Shown here: piece after piece, positions 5,075 through 5,746 of the stretch
Layout of the letters: each line of letters starts with the position of its first letter
How positions within the stretch are numbered: position 1 is the first letter of the stretch
From: a metagenome
Sequence record: Ga0066861_10003363
DNA: 5,746 bases
Reading direction: 5' to 3' (one strand)
The notes under the pieces: generated by a model
Database searches by the model: none
What the model was told of the DNA's origin: nothing
Seen by the model: only the letters and a program-made list of their open reading frames with translations
Position numbers and translations under genes: made by a program

Positions 5075-5189
5075 GGGGATGTGGTCTAGTGGTATGATTC
5101 TCCCTTCGGGTGATGTAACCCAGCGCTGAAGTGCGCTCGATGCGAAAAGAATGTGGGAGAGGCCCCGAGTTCGATTCTCGGCATCCCCC
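5075..5189 (+). tRNA. trnP(CGG): tRNA-Pro (anticodon CGG) with a 43-nt intron at the canonical 37/38 position
   Basis: The cloverleaf folds by hand.
- Acceptor stem: GGGGATG (5075-5081) pairs perfectly with CATCCCC (5182-5188); discriminator is C5189.
- A box: TGGTCTAGTGG (5082-5092).
- Anticodon stem: CTCCC (5100-5104) pairs with GGGAG (5155-5159).
- Anticodon loop: TTCGGG + intron + T, with anticodon CGG at 5107-5109 and G37.
- Variable loop: AGGCC.
- T arm: CCGAG-TTCGATT-CTCGG (5165-5181), which is the B box.
The spliced 72-nt sequence is very close to canonical eukaryotic tRNA-Pro (GG..TGGTCTAG.GGTATGATTCTC.CTT.GGGTG.GAGAGG.CC..GTTC.A.TC..G). The overlapping track ORFs (5045..5305 -, 5153..5683 +) are spurious. 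Confidence 0.9.
5111..5153 (+). other. tRNA intron (43 nt; boundary ambiguous by 1 nt because T flanks both ends)
   Basis: The 44 nt at 5111-5154 interrupt the anticodon loop, and one T must be nucleotide 38. The intron ACCC (5118-5121) is complementary to GGGT (5108-5111), which is anticodon-intron pairing. There is also an internal hairpin: AGCGC (5122-5126) pairs with GCGCT (5133-5137) around a 6-nt loop. Confidence 0.8.
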
Positions 5190-5221
5190 GTTATGTAAGG
5201 GCTATGAAGCCTATATTCATA

Positions 5222-5227
5222 TTTTTT
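5222..5227 (+). terminator. Candidate RNA polymerase III terminator (T6 run) downstream of tRNA-Pro
   Basis: This is the first run of 4 or more T after the tRNA 3' end. TTTTTT at 5222-5227 starts 33 nt past the discriminator base. Confidence 0.5.
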
Positions 5228-5363
5228 ATCTGCGTCGTGATGACCCATCGATCGCGGAGGCGCGGCGCGCGCGCGCCGACGGATGAGAAGTCGAAGCGTC
5301 GTCACATGGCGTCGCGCGTTGTGCTGTGCTGTAATAATGCTATAACAACGATGCGTTGCATAC

Positions 5364-5746
5364 TCACGAATCGAGCGTCGCGGTCTCGGCCGCGGCGGCT
5401 TTTCTCTTGGCTCTCTTTTTGGCGTTTTTCTTGGCGTTTTTGCCGACGGCTCGTCGCGGTTCGAGCGGTTTTTCGTCGTCGTCGTCGTCGTCGCCGTGCG
5501 ATTTCTTCGCTCTCTTGCTCGAAGAGGACTTGCTCTTCTTCTTTCCGAACGCGGCGTCCGCGTACGATTTGGCGCGTGCCTCCGCGTCGTCGTCTTCGTC
5601 TTCGTCGTCGCCTACGTCGTCGTCGGCGTCCCTCTTTTTCTTCGTGCCCTTACGATTACCCTTTGTCTTCTTCTTATCGCTAGACTTGGCGTAGAATTCT
5701 TTCGCCATGCGACGCGCGCGCGCGCGTTGGTTCGCGCTCACCGCCG
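5364..5746 (-). CDS. K/D/E-rich C-terminal region of a minus-strand gene, probably continuing beyond the window (alternative: complete 114-aa protein from ATG at 5708)
   Basis: The minus frame is open from the window edge. The track start at 5741 is GTG, and the only in-window ATG is at 5708-5706. The product is ...RARARRMAKEFYAKSSDKKKTKGNRKGTKKKRDADDDVGDDEDEDDDAEARAKSYADAAFGKKKSKSSSSKRAKKSHGDDDDDDEKPLEPRRAVGKNAKKNAKKRAKRKAAAAETATLDS*. Stop is TGA (tca at 5364-5366). Alternating basic and acidic tracts are typical of nuclear/nucleolar protein tails. The + ORFs 5153..5683 and 5356..5694 (TTG start) are shadows. No family assignable. Confidence 0.55.
   Translation of the reverse strand, partial: AVSANQRARARRMAKEFYAKSSDKKKTKGNRKGTKKKRDADDDVGDDEDEDDDAEARAKSYADAAFGKKKSKSSSSKRAKKSHGDDDDDDEKPLEPRRAVGKNAKKNAKKRAKRKAAAAETATLDS

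Noticed and set aside
5045-5683. ORFs 5045..5305 (-) and 5153..5683 (+) across the tRNA and spacer
   Set aside because: They run through a well-folded tRNA-Pro gene and an AT-rich spacer. The plus ORF is otherwise the antisense of the K/D-rich minus gene and encodes R/S/F junk.
1-5746. Prokaryotic-style novel system (defence island, toxin-antitoxin, CRISPR, integron, IS or transposon, prophage)
   Set aside because: There are no repeat-spacer arrays, no terminal inverted repeats or target-site duplications, and no operon-like same-strand clusters with RBS spacing. No recognisable nuclease, ATPase or integrase domains are present. The content argues for an ordinary compact algal nuclear region: an ESCRT-III gene with a Kozak ATG and myristoylation motif, an intron-bearing eukaryotic-type tRNA with A and B boxes and a T-run terminator, and presequence-bearing proteins.

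Overview
This GC-rich, very gene-dense window reads as nuclear DNA of a picoeukaryotic green alga, not a prokaryotic locus. The codon usage looks Mamiellophyceae-like (Ostreococcus/Micromonas type), with third-codon G/C judged by eye at about 85-90% in coding frames. The taxon call is inference from composition and gene content only.

Supported features:
1. The 3' end of an unidentified gene (1-219, +).
2. ESCRT-III CHMP6/Vps20 (334-999, +).
3. A SirB1/UPF0162-type transglutaminase-like plus TPR protein with a presequence-like N-terminus (1032-2234, +).
4. A basic low-complexity protein (2277-2870, -).
5. A protein built from four modules of about 61-67 aa, each carrying a CTF(T/Q)P or EFSFQT motif (3286-4257, +).
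6. A 102-aa protein with a presequence-like N-terminus and a C-terminal hydrophobic helix (4599-4907, +).
7. An intron-containing tRNA-Pro(CGG) (5075-5189, +).
8. The K/D-rich 3' part of a minus-strand gene that runs off the window (5364-5746).

The supplied ORF track uses bacterial start codons: GTG or TTG is shown as M at 62, 717, 2914, 3208, 4301, and on the minus strand at 2090, 4588, 4963 and 5741. I therefore re-derived eukaryotic ATG starts. Most long track ORFs are antisense or alternate-frame shadows, as expected in high-GC DNA.

I found no CRISPR array, transposon or IS, phage module, or prokaryote-style defence or toxin system, and I do not claim one. The hunt items are eukaryotic oddities:
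- a 32-nt gap between tandem genes;
- an intron-bearing tRNA;
- a G-quadruplex motif just after a start codon;
- a coding-like but ATG-less leader;
- a repeat-module orphan protein;
- small tandem repeats.
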